A stretch of 54,968 nucleotides of DNA, from IMG/VR virus record IMGVR_UViG_3300014167_000001, positions 1 through 54,968 of that record; one strand, written 5' to 3'. Below the pieces are notes generated by a model. It ran no database searches, was not told the DNA's origin, and saw nothing but the letters and a program-made list of their open reading frames with translations. The position numbers and the translations under genes were made by a program. Positions 35,009 to 43,130 of this stretch are shown in pieces; positions within the stretch are counted from its first letter, which is position 1, and each line of letters begins with the position of its first letter. Origin of the DNA: a virus (taxonomy: Duplodnaviria > Caudoviricetes).

Positions 35009-35042
35009 AGGCCCGCACCCCGGGAGGAGTGCGGGCCTTTTT
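35009..35042 (+). terminator. Rho-independent terminator
   Basis: AGGCCCGCAC...GTGCGGGCCT stem followed by a T tract. Confidence 0.85.
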
Positions 35043-35053
35043 GTGTCGTCAGC

Positions 35054-35128
35054 TCAACGCCGCGGAGCGCGCGGCGTGATGTAGCAGAGCGCTACGATCG
35101 CGAGTGCGACGAACAGGGCGTGGATCAC
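35054..35128 (-). CDS. Putative 24-aa membrane peptide
   Basis: MIHALFVALAIVALCYITPRAPRR; GTGA overlap with the upstream stop. Confidence 0.4.
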   Translation of the reverse strand: MIHALFVALAIVALCYITPRAPRR

Positions 35129-35370
35129 GACGCCCTCTGCTGACGACGCCGCGCGAGCAGCGCGGCGATCTTTGCGGCTCGCGCCGCGTCCTTCACCTCA
35201 TCCTCGTACCAGAGGATGGCGCCCTCCAGCCGCACCGGCAGCGGCGCCGCGCGCTCGCGCAGCAGCCGACCCAGCTCGGCGTGCGTGCACTGGTAGAGCG
35301 TCGCGAGCTGGTCGCGCGTCATGGTCGGAACCGGCCGGGCCGGCGTGGCGACTGCGGTCTGCTCGGTCAT
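35125..35370 (-). CDS. Excisionase/AlpA-like winged-HTH protein
   Basis: MT.DQLA..Y.....L.R......P.PVRL....LW...EV. Confidence 0.65.
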   Translation of the reverse strand: MTEQTAVATPARPVPTMTRDQLATLYQCTHAELGRLLRERAAPLPVRLEGAILWYEDEVKDAARAAKIAALLARRRQQRAS

Positions 35371-35648
35371 ACGATCACCTTCGACTTCGGGACTGGTGCC
35401 GGCTCGGCACCCGGAGGCATCGCGCTGTGTGCCTGTATGAGCAGCACCTGCGCCGTGATGCGGCAGTTCTTCGCCATCACCTGCAGACGCTCGGCGAAGT
35501 GCTCGGCCGTCTCCAGCTTGCCGTTGTTGGCGATCAGCTCGGAAACGAACGCGGGCGCGACGGCGCGCATCATCTCGGACAGGTGGAACCGGTACGCCTG
35601 CAGCAGCTCGGCCGGTGTCTTCAGGCTGTTGGGTGTGTCGTCGCTCAT
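35367..35648 (-). CDS. Hypothetical protein
   Basis: MSDDTPN... start; ATGA overlaps at both ends. Confidence 0.65.
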   Translation of the reverse strand: MSDDTPNSLKTPAELLQAYRFHLSEMMRAVAPAFVSELIANNGKLETAEHFAERLQVMAKNCRITAQVLLIQAHSAMPPGAEPAPVPKSKVIV

Positions 35649-36022
35649 CGCGCCAGCCACAGCCACACGGCCAGCGTCCACGCGAGGTACCAGCCGGCCC
35701 CGCAGATGGCGAGGATGACCGCGGCGACGCCGAGCCGCTCGATGCGGGTCATCGGCTCGCCGTCCGGCTCGTACCGGGCATTCGGGCCCATCCATCGCCG
35801 GGGCCGATCGTCCCACCCGGTCGCCCGGGTGCCGACGAACTCGAAGCCTTGCTCGGGCTCGGTCCGCCCGCAGCGGCACTGCGGGTAGGCGATGCAGCGC
35901 GGGGCGTCCGCGAGGGCGCACCGCGGGTTGAGGGGAGTGACCGCCCGGGACCACGGCTTGTCGCCGGGGTACCCGGGCGGGGCATTCGGACGTGGCTCCG
36001 CGAGCCCGGCGATGCCGGCCAC
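35645..36022 (-). CDS. Hypothetical membrane protein
   Basis: Cys cluster followed by a C-terminal TM helix; start uncertain. Confidence 0.45.
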   Translation of the reverse strand: MAGIAGLAEPRPNAPPGYPGDKPWSRAVTPLNPRCALADAPRCIAYPQCRCGRTEPEQGFEFVGTRATGWDDRPRRWMGPNARYEPDGEPMTRIERLGVAAVILAICGAGWYLAWTLAVWLWLAR

Positions 36023-36030
36023 GGCGGGGC

Positions 36031-36249
36031 CTACAGCTTCAGCTTGGCGTAGGTGACCGCAGCGCCGATGGCGGCGCCGACCAGATAGTGCGCGGCGAGC
36101 TTCAGGTAGGTCGACAGGGTCGACTCCACCTTGGCGACGTCGGCGGTCACGGTCGCCTTCGCGGCCGAGACGTCCGCGGCAACCGTCGACTTGACGGCGG
36201 CCTCGGCTGAGCTGACGGCGGCGGCCGGGCTCTGGGTGGTGTCTGTCAT
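36031..36249 (-). CDS. Ala-rich protein with C-terminal membrane anchor
   Basis: MTDTTQSP... with GAGGA RBS; hydrophobic C-terminus. Confidence 0.6.
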   Translation of the reverse strand: MTDTTQSPAAAVSSAEAAVKSTVAADVSAAKATVTADVAKVESTLSTYLKLAAHYLVGAAIGAAVTYAKLKL

Positions 36250-36259
36250 GATCGTGTCC

Positions 36260-36787
36260 TCACTGTGGTTGAGGGCGGTACGTCCGCCCCTTGACGATGT
36301 CGCAAACCGTAGCCTCGCACACGTCGAAGGCGTTTGCAAGCGTTCGCTGGCTATCCCCGGCCAGCCAGCGCAGCCGGATCTCCTCCGCCTGCCCGTCCGT
36401 CAGGACGCGCAGCTCGGGGCGCGGCCGGCCGCGGCGGGTCAGGCCGTTCCGGACCCGGTCCTTGCCGTTGGCGTTCGACGACCCCCAGTAGAGGTTGTCG
36501 AGCCGGTTGTCGTTCCGGATGTCGTTCCGGTGCAGCCCGTGCGGGGAGCCGAACGGCGGGTCGCCGCGGAACGCAAGCAGCACCAGCCGGTGCACCTTCT
36601 CGACGACGCGGCCCTTCTCCGGGTGCTGCAGGTTGACCAGCAGGTAGCCGCGGGTGTCGGGGAACGGCGCCACGAGCCCGGCGCCGATCTTGCGGCGGCG
36701 CGTCAGGAACGAGTGCCGGTAGACGGCGCCGCGGTCGCTCACTCGGTAGCGTCCGTCGAAGCCGGGAACGTCGCGCCAGTCTTCCAT
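36260..36787 (-). CDS. NUMOD4-HNH homing endonuclease
   Basis: EDWRDVPGFDGRY.VSD.G (NUMOD4), VHRLVL.AF, H.ND...DNRL.NL.WG...N, C-terminal HTH. Confidence 0.92.
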   Translation of the reverse strand: MEDWRDVPGFDGRYRVSDRGAVYRHSFLTRRRKIGAGLVAPFPDTRGYLLVNLQHPEKGRVVEKVHRLVLLAFRGDPPFGSPHGLHRNDIRNDNRLDNLYWGSSNANGKDRVRNGLTRRGRPRPELRVLTDGQAEEIRLRWLAGDSQRTLANAFDVCEATVCDIVKGRTYRPQPQ

Positions 36788-37156
36788 TTTCGCCGCCCTC
36801 CCTATAGAGGGTGACTATACGCGACATGGGGTCCGGCTACAACTTCGTGAATTGTGACGGGCGTCTCGAAGAAAACTCGTCACCGGGCGCGCGCCGCGGG
36901 GTACGTCATTGATCTGTAAACAGTTTTCCACCCGCCGCCGCGTAAGTCGTTGAGTGAGAAGGGAATCATGTAAACCGGTCCGCCGCGGCGCGACGACGCA
37001 GGGGTAACCGTCACAATCGGTCGCTCTGGGGGTTTTGACTTTTGCTGCCTAGGCAGCGAATCCGGCGGACAAACGGTCCGAGCGGCCGCGAGCCGAGGCT
37101 AAGTCTCTGATCTGATTGACATTGATCGGGGGCCCTGACTGAATGCGGCGCCGGTA

Positions 37157-37172
37157 CTGTATGGATGTACAG
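37157..37172. promoter_or_regulatory. LexA (SOS) box 1
   Basis: taCTGT-ATGGATGT-ACAG matches CTGT-N8-ACAG. Confidence 0.75.
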
Positions 37173-37202
37173 CTCCGGTTACCGCTCGGCCCTTTACAAT
37201 TA

Positions 37203-37218
37203 CTGTATATCCATACAG
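37203..37218. promoter_or_regulatory. LexA (SOS) box 2
   Basis: taCTGT-ATATCCAT-ACAGt, near-perfect consensus. Confidence 0.8.
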
Positions 37219-37301
37219 TCGCGAGGCGGATGGCCTGAGCGCCAGCACGTGGCGCCCGGCGGCCGAGGCATGGACCATGTTGAGTGGTGCGTGTTGGGCG
37301 G

Positions 37302-37440
37302 AGCTGCACCGCTGTACCGCTACTAAACCCTGTTCCGTAACCTTCCCTCTGAGATGTGAGTTGTATGTTATATGTTAACAACTCACACCTCAGAGCCAAA
37401 GAACCCAAACACGCTTTTGTAGCGGTACAGCGGTGCAGCT
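37302..37440. repeat. Nested inverted repeats (candidate replication origin)
   Basis: Perfect 22-bp arms 37302-37323/37419-37440; inner 17/18-bp arms 37347-37364/37378-37395 around an AT-rich core. Confidence 0.85.
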
Positions 37441-37585
37441 ACGTGGACCGTGTCAGGCGGCCCATGAGCCGCTACACCGGGCGCCAGCGTCCAACCGATA
37501 GCTACCCAGCGGCCCACGCTCGATCGAGGCGCTTGACAGCCGAGGCGCAGCGAGCGCAGGATGCGCGGACCATTGTGAGGTGATC

Positions 37586-37849
37586 ATGGACAGGCGAGCA
37601 TTCATCAAGGCATCAGCGGCGACGCTCGCGCTCGCACCGGTCGCGGCGCTCGCGATCAGGCCAGCACGGCCGCGCGGCACGCGCTACACCATGCGCGAGT
37701 TCCGGATCGCTGCGCCGGAGCAGCCGCTCCTCGCGAGCGAGCTGTACATGCGACGGCAGTGGATCGACCCGAACACGCACGAGCTGCGATGCGAGTGGTT
37801 CACACGAGAGCAAGTGATGGAACGCTACCCGTACATGCTCCATGACTGA
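37586..37849 (+). CDS. Small protein with twin-arginine (Tat)-like signal peptide
   Basis: MDRRAFIKASAATLALAPVAALA; GAGGTG RBS. Confidence 0.65.
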   Translation: MDRRAFIKASAATLALAPVAALAIRPARPRGTRYTMREFRIAAPEQPLLASELYMRRQWIDPNTHELRCEWFTREQVMERYPYMLHD

Positions 37850-40481
37850 GCCGCAGGCGCTGGGCGCCACACAGGAAGACTGGGACCACTGGGATCTCGT
37901 GCTCGGCTGCGGGCGCGACCTGTTGCCTGTGGTGCCCGACCCGAAGGCCACGCCAGCACCTGATAGCAAGGTCAAGGCGTTCGGCAAGATACCGAGCCGC
38001 TACGACGCGGAAGGCAACGCGGTCGGCATCGCCAAGTGGACCGAGCGCGAGATCACGCCCGAGGCGATCGCGCACTGGCGCAAGGACGCGCGGCTGGGCA
38101 TGTGCGTGCGATCGAGCGCGGTGCGTGCGATCGACTGCGATGTCGACGACGCAGAGATGGCGTGCGCGATACTCGACACGATCAACGCGCACGCACCGAA
38201 GCTGCCCATGCGACAGCGCGAGGACAGCCAGAAGTTTCTGCTCGCGTTCCGCGCACCGGGGCCGCTGCACAAGCGCATCATCAGCACCAAGCACGGGCGC
38301 ATCGAGCTGCTCGGCGATGGTCAGCAGTTCGTGGTCGCAGGCACGCACCCGAAGGGCGCGCGCTATGAATGGCCCGATGGACGGCCGAACGAGCTGCCTG
38401 AGCTGACGCTCACACAGGTGGACGCGCTGTGGTCCGCGCTCGAAGCCAAGTTCGGTCTACCAGATACGAGACCAAAAGCGGCCGAACAGTCTATAACGCG
38501 AGATACCACGAAATCTCAGTCGGCGCCGCTGAACTTACAGGCGTTCACGCGCGAGGTGTACGACGACCTGCAAAGCGCGCTCGCATGGCCGCCGCTCGTC
38601 GCTGCAGCCGCGGACAATACGACGTGGAGCGAGATCGGCTACGCGCTGCTGTGCCTCAACGAGATCGGCTGGGATGAGTGGCGCAAGTTTTCACGCAGCG
38701 CACCGAACTACACACCGAGCGCACCCGAGGAATGGTGGGAAGCGCACAGGCACCAGCAGCCACGCAGCGACTATCGCCACGTCTTCACGATGGCGAAGCG
38801 ACTCGGCTGGCGCACGCTGGTCGAGGCGGATGCGTTCCACGATACGACCGAGCCCGTGGGCGAGCCGCCCGCGGAGCTGGTGGTCGATGACACGCCGAAG
38901 GCGCACTACCTGTGCACCGACCTTCGCAACGCGCAGCGGCTGCACGCGGCGTATGGCAGCACGCACCTGATCGTGGTCGGCGGCGTGTTCTACGCTTGGA
39001 TGGGCACGCACTGGCGGCGCGATGACGCCGAGGCCGCGCGCTGTGCCTCGCGACTGAGCACGATCGTGCAGGGCGAGGCGCAGAACTGGCGCGAGCAGTT
39101 CAAGGCGCTGCTCGCCGGAGCAGACGACACCATCAAGAAGGCGCACACCAACATGGTGACGTCGTCACGCCCTGACCAGAGTGCGGGACGCGCGGCACTG
39201 AAGAACGACAAGCTGGGCACGAAGCTGCTGAAGGCGCTGAAGACGGCCGAGGCGCTGGAGGCGTGGGCCAAGCGCTGCGAGATGGCGGGCACGATCGATG
39301 CTGCGCTGCGGTTGCTGCGCACCTCGCTGAGCACCGAGAGCGTCGTGCTGGATAGCGACCGCAATCTCGTGAACTGCCTGAGCGGCACGATAGACGCACG
39401 CACGGGCGAGATACGCGCGCACGATCCGAAGGACTACATCACGCGCTGCGCCCCTGTTGAATTCAAGCCCGATGCACGCGCCGATCGCTTCGAGCTGTTC
39501 GTGAGCGAGATCATGGGCGGCGACGAGGCGCGCGTCGAGTTCCTGCGCCGCTGGTTCGGCTACTCAATAACCGGAGACATCCGTGAGCAGAAAGTCCTCC
39601 TCCACATTGGCCCGGGCGCGAACGGCAAAACGACGCTCGTCGACGCGATCAAAGACGTCTTCGGCGACTACGCTCACACCGGAGCACCGGGCCTACTTAC
39701 TGTCTCTGCAGGTGATCGGCACCCAACGGAGATTGCGGATCTTGCAGGACGCCGCCTTGTTACTGTCCACGAGACTGATGACGGAGCCGTCCTTCGCGAA
39801 GGGCTGCTCAAGCAAGCAACTGGCGGCGATCGACTCACTGGTCGATTCCTGTTCAAAGATTTTTTTGAGTTTGCTCCGACCCACAAACTCCAGCTCCTCA
39901 CCAACCACAAGCCCGTCGTTCGAGGACAAGACCACGCGATTTGGCGCCGCCTGCTACTCGTAACGTATGGCATCAGCTTCGGTAGCGCCGAGGAGATCGC
40001 GATCGGCAAGGCGCAGAGCCCGAAGGATGTCGCGCTGCCGCTGAAGCTGCTGAAGGAACGTGAGGGCATCTTCGCGTGGGTCATGCGCGGCGCACGTGAG
40101 TGGTACGAGTTGGGGCTCGCGCCGCCTGCCAGCGTGATCGAGGCGAGCGAGGCGTATCGCGCCGAACAGGATCGCGTCGCCGAGTTCGTCGGCGATCGCT
40201 GCATCCTCGGCCCCAACGAGTGGACAGAGTTCGGTGGCCCGAGCGGCATCTACCCGCACTATGTGCGCTGGTGCAAGGAAAACGGCTACCATCCGCTCGG
40301 CAACCGCGGCTTCATCAACGAGCTGCAGCGCGTAGTGCCGGGCTACCAGCGCGTGGAGCAGATGACACGCGTCGACGGCATTCGCAAGACCGTGCGCGGC
40401 TGCAAAGGCGTGCGCGTCAACCCGGACGAGGACGGCGGCGGCATGTTCGTCTCCGAATCAAACAACGAGGATCTGCTATGA
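37842..40481 (+). CDS. Primase-polymerase / PriCT / D5-like SF3 helicase
   Basis: N-terminal AIDCDVD and QFVVAGTHP..RYEW; PriCT-like W..IG.AL; D5_N; Walker A GPGANGKT, KQATGGD, TNHKP, AIWRR. Confidence 0.92.
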   Translation: MTEPQALGATQEDWDHWDLVLGCGRDLLPVVPDPKATPAPDSKVKAFGKIPSRYDAEGNAVGIAKWTEREITPEAIAHWRKDARLGMCVRSSAVRAIDCDVDDAEMACAILDTINAHAPKLPMRQREDSQKFLLAFRAPGPLHKRIISTKHGRIELLGDGQQFVVAGTHPKGARYEWPDGRPNELPELTLTQVDALWSALEAKFGLPDTRPKAAEQSITRDTTKSQSAPLNLQAFTREVYDDLQSALAWPPLVAAAADNTTWSEIGYALLCLNEIGWDEWRKFSRSAPNYTPSAPEEWWEAHRHQQPRSDYRHVFTMAKRLGWRTLVEADAFHDTTEPVGEPPAELVVDDTPKAHYLCTDLRNAQRLHAAYGSTHLIVVGGVFYAWMGTHWRRDDAEAARCASRLSTIVQGEAQNWREQFKALLAGADDTIKKAHTNMVTSSRPDQSAGRAALKNDKLGTKLLKALKTAEALEAWAKRCEMAGTIDAALRLLRTSLSTESVVLDSDRNLVNCLSGTIDARTGEIRAHDPKDYITRCAPVEFKPDARADRFELFVSEIMGGDEARVEFLRRWFGYSITGDIREQKVLLHIGPGANGKTTLVDAIKDVFGDYAHTGAPGLLTVSAGDRHPTEIADLAGRRLVTVHETDDGAVLREGLLKQATGGDRLTGRFLFKDFFEFAPTHKLQLLTNHKPVVRGQDHAIWRRLLLVTYGISFGSAEEIAIGKAQSPKDVALPLKLLKEREGIFAWVMRGAREWYELGLAPPASVIEASEAYRAEQDRVAEFVGDRCILGPNEWTEFGGPSGIYPHYVRWCKENGYHPLGNRGFINELQRVVPGYQRVEQMTRVDGIRKTVRGCKGVRVNPDEDGGGMFVSESNNEDLL
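39583..39963 (+). CDS. Candidate overprinted gene (+1 frame inside the helicase)
   Basis: GGAG RBS 6 nt before GTG 39583; helicase-frame third positions become A/T-rich over this span. Confidence 0.4.
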   Translation: MSRKSSSTLARARTAKRRSSTRSKTSSATTLTPEHRAYLLSLQVIGTQRRLRILQDAALLLSTRLMTEPSFAKGCSSKQLAAIDSLVDSCSKIFLSLLRPTNSSSSPTTSPSFEDKTTRFGAACYS

Positions 40482-40663
40482 GCGATTGGCAACCGACGAT
40501 GGAGCTGCGCTTCGTAAAGCGCATGGTCAATCAGATGATGAAGTATTACGGTCGCGAGGAGACTGTCGAGAAGCGCATCCTGCAACAGCGCTGGCAGCTC
40601 GTGATCGAGAATACGCGCACACAGTACGAGTGGCGTGACGTTCCCACGGAGGAGGGCAAGTGA
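40478..40663 (+). CDS. Hypothetical protein
   Basis: MSDWQPTMELRFV...ILQQRW...EWRDVP; ATGA overlap with the primase stop. Confidence 0.7.
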   Translation: MSDWQPTMELRFVKRMVNQMMKYYGREETVEKRILQQRWQLVIENTRTQYEWRDVPTEEGK

Positions 40664-40824
40664 ACATCATCGAGTTCTATCTGGGCGTGACGGCCCTGAT
40701 CGGGCCGGGCATCTTCGCGGTCTGGAAAATGTGCGATCACTTCGCGGCCGTGATCTGGGCCGCCGCGATCTACCTCGCGGTCAGCGTGCTCATCATGGCG
40801 CACGTCGTTGTGGTGCACACGTGA
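40660..40824 (+). CDS. Small two-TM membrane protein (not in the ORF track)
   Basis: MNIIEFYLGVTALIGPGIFAVW...; GGAGG RBS; GTGA overlaps at both ends. Confidence 0.6.
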   Translation: MNIIEFYLGVTALIGPGIFAVWKMCDHFAAVIWAAAIYLAVSVLIMAHVVVVHT

Positions 40825-40997
40825 AACCGCTGCGCTTCGTGTACATCGGCAATCCTGCGCGCACCGTCGTGCACATTCACTACGGCAAGCTGCTCGAAGG
40901 CGAGGCGGTCGCGTGCGGCCAGCGCCTGCAGCGAGGCTGGAAGTGGGGCCCGCGCAAGCATCGCACAGTCTGCAAGCGCTGCGAGGCTGCGCGATGA
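40821..40997 (+). CDS. Small putative zinc-binding protein
   Basis: VH...ACG...VCKRC. Confidence 0.6.
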   Translation: MKPLRFVYIGNPARTVVHIHYGKLLEGEAVACGQRLQRGWKWGPRKHRTVCKRCEAAR

Positions 40998-41269
40998 GCG
41001 AGCTGTACACCGTGAGCTACCTGCGGCGCATCAATCAGACGGTGCGCGCGTCCTCGCTCGCCGAGGCGATCGCGATCGCGTGCCCGTGGTGGAACGCCTC
41101 GCAGCCGCCGATCGACGGCAACGTGCTGCTCGGCGCCGTGAAGGGCGAGGTAGCGCTCAAGAGCGGCCACGATGCGATGAGCGGCCCGAAGGGTAAGCCG
41201 CCGAGCGGCCCGACGCCGGGCACGCCCGTGATCCGTGCCGGCGACATCGTGGAGGCGCGCGCAGCGTGA
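40994..41269 (+). CDS. Hypothetical protein
   Basis: MSELYTVSY...; translationally coupled overlaps. Confidence 0.6.
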   Translation: MSELYTVSYLRRINQTVRASSLAEAIAIACPWWNASQPPIDGNVLLGAVKGEVALKSGHDAMSGPKGKPPSGPTPGTPVIRAGDIVEARAA

Positions 41270-42069
41270 CGTCAGCGGTCGAGACATTCGCGCTGCAACT
41301 GGCGCGCGCCTCAAAGCGCGGCTCGCGGCATCTGCGCGGCCTCAACGCGGCCGATCGCGACGACGTCATCGCGAGCGCGGTGCTGTGGTGCTTCGAGCAC
41401 CGCGCCGAGTTCGACCCGAGCAAGCGGGCGCTCGATGACTGGTTCGCGTCGCGGCTCAAGGCCGCGCGCCGGCAGAGCCGTCAGCCGCAGGCGCGCGGCC
41501 AGCTCGAAGCGCTGATCGCTCAGGAGGACACCGAGCGCGCGGCCGAGGCGCGCACGTCGCTGGAGCGGCTCACGCGCGAGCTGACCGACACGGAGCAGGC
41601 GATCGCGATGAAGCTGGGCGAGGGCTTGTCGGTGAACGTCGTCACTGATATGTTGGGGGCCAGTCGAGGAACCGTACGAGGATTGCAACGCAGACTCCGC
41701 CGCATGCGCGAGCTGCTACCGAGCGAGAGACCCATGCTGACGTTGGCCGCACCGGCACCTGAAGAGCAAGACGACAAGCCACCCGCACCTATCGACCGCG
41801 CACTGCAGACGATGCTCGGCGGCCCGCAGCTCGGCAAGGAATGCCCGCCGTGCTGGCGCTGCATGTGGTTCTACGGGCTGCTGCCGGAGCCGACGCACTG
41901 GCACCCCTCACAGATAGTCGACGACGAGGTGCGCGCCGCGGTGCGCGCCACGGAGCGGCGCAAGATCGAGATCGCCAACCACGTGCGAGCGAACTACGTG
42001 GCAGCATTCGACGACCTACTCAACGAGGGCCACGACCATGACTGCGGAGAACTTCACAGTGACAAGTGA
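41266..42069 (+). CDS. ECF sigma-factor-like transcription regulator
   Basis: Region-2-like DRDDVI...L.......FDPSK..L..W; region-4-like LT..EQAI.....EGLS.......LG.S.GTV. Confidence 0.65.
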   Translation: MTSAVETFALQLARASKRGSRHLRGLNAADRDDVIASAVLWCFEHRAEFDPSKRALDDWFASRLKAARRQSRQPQARGQLEALIAQEDTERAAEARTSLERLTRELTDTEQAIAMKLGEGLSVNVVTDMLGASRGTVRGLQRRLRRMRELLPSERPMLTLAAPAPEEQDDKPPAPIDRALQTMLGGPQLGKECPPCWRCMWFYGLLPEPTHWHPSQIVDDEVRAAVRATERRKIEIANHVRANYVAAFDDLLNEGHDHDCGELHSDK

Positions 42070-42250
42070 CGACACATTCGGTGCGATCATGCGCGACGCG
42101 CAGCGCTACCGCTGGCTGCGCCAGCAGATAACCGCGGACAGCGCGGAGGTGGGCGACTTCCTCGCGGAGCAGGATCCGCCGCCGCAGACGCCCGAGGCGT
42201 TCGACAGCGTGATCGACAAGGGGCGCGAGCGGTTCCCGGTGACGCCGTGA
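42038..42250 (+). CDS. Hypothetical protein
   Basis: DAQRYRWLR...D..ID motif common in phage early proteins. Confidence 0.7.
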   Translation: MTAENFTVTSDDTFGAIMRDAQRYRWLRQQITADSAEVGDFLAEQDPPPQTPEAFDSVIDKGRERFPVTP

Positions 42251-42747
42251 AAGCGCTGGGCTGGCTCTACTGGATCGTGTGGCAGCTCGTGTCGTTCGCG
42301 CTCGAACTGGTCGGCCTGCCGCTGCTCCTGCCGCTCGCGCTCTTCCACGCGTGGACCACGCGGCCCGGCAAGTCGGCGATGTTCGGGCCCGCGCCAGTGA
42401 CGGCGTGGATCGGTGGCTGGCTCACGTTCCCGTGGGACAATGAGCAGGACGGCGTCGTGCCGCCGCAGATGGTCAACGGCGCGCCGTACCTGATCACGTA
42501 CCCGCAGTGGCTGCGCGCCTACATCTGGAGCGCGTGGCGCAATCCTGCGAACGGCATGCGCTGGGCGCCGCTCGCGGCGACGACGTTCACCTCGAAGCCC
42601 GTCGTCACGCAGAGCGCGAGCGGCTACGTCGCGACGTACGGCTGGCGCCAGTGCATCGTGTGGCACGGCATCCGGTTCGGCTGGCTGATCAACCCGAACG
42701 CGGCGATCGGCGATCGCACGTGGCCGGTGCTGGAGCGCTACCCGTGA
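42247..42747 (+). CDS. Trp-rich membrane-associated phage protein
   Basis: N-terminal TM; PWDNEQDG and W.AWRNPAN motifs. Confidence 0.7.
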   Translation: MKALGWLYWIVWQLVSFALELVGLPLLLPLALFHAWTTRPGKSAMFGPAPVTAWIGGWLTFPWDNEQDGVVPPQMVNGAPYLITYPQWLRAYIWSAWRNPANGMRWAPLAATTFTSKPVVTQSASGYVATYGWRQCIVWHGIRFGWLINPNAAIGDRTWPVLERYP

Positions 42748-42854
42748 TCGAGTGGTTCCTCGATCACGTCGTGGCGCGCATCGCCGTTGAGATCATGGTC
42801 GTCTGCGCGCTCATCTGGGCGGTCGTCTACCTTTGGGCCGGGAGGGACTGAGCG

Positions 42855-43064
42855 ATGAAGCGTGACCTGAAGCGCGAGCGGGCCATTGCCAAGGCCGCAG
42901 GGCCGCTCTCCATGTGGCGGCCCCCACCGGACAGGGCGCCGCCCGTGAGGGCACGGGAAGCCCGGGAGTGGCTCAGGCGGGCCGAGGCGGAGCTGGCCGA
43001 GCTGGAGGCGAGCCCGCTCGACCCGGATCACCCCGGCCCGGGGCCCGAGTTCGGGGGTAGTTGA
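42855..43064 (+). CDS. Hypothetical protein
   Basis: 69 aa with GGAGG RBS. Confidence 0.5.
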   Translation: MKRDLKRERAIAKAAGPLSMWRPPPDRAPPVRAREAREWLRRAEAELAELEASPLDPDHPGPGPEFGGS

Positions 43065-43123
43065 CGGGGTGCCCGGGATGAACTATCCTAGGCCCCGTCG
43101 ACCTTAACCACGAACCACGGAGC
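43061..43123 (+). promoter_or_regulatory. Sigma70 promoter plus AACCACGAACCACGGAG leader
   Basis: TTGACG-17-TATCCT; leader repeat at 43106-43122. Confidence 0.7.
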
Positions 43124-43130
43124 TACTGAC

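Noticed and set aside
37302-37440. Protelomerase target (linear plasmid prophage)
   Set aside because: No protelomerase or ParA/ParB was recognised, and the palindrome is interrupted rather than continuous
41630-41800. Overprinted ORF in the sigma-like gene suggested by atypical codons
   Set aside because: The alternative frames lack a convincing RBS and a protein-like sequence
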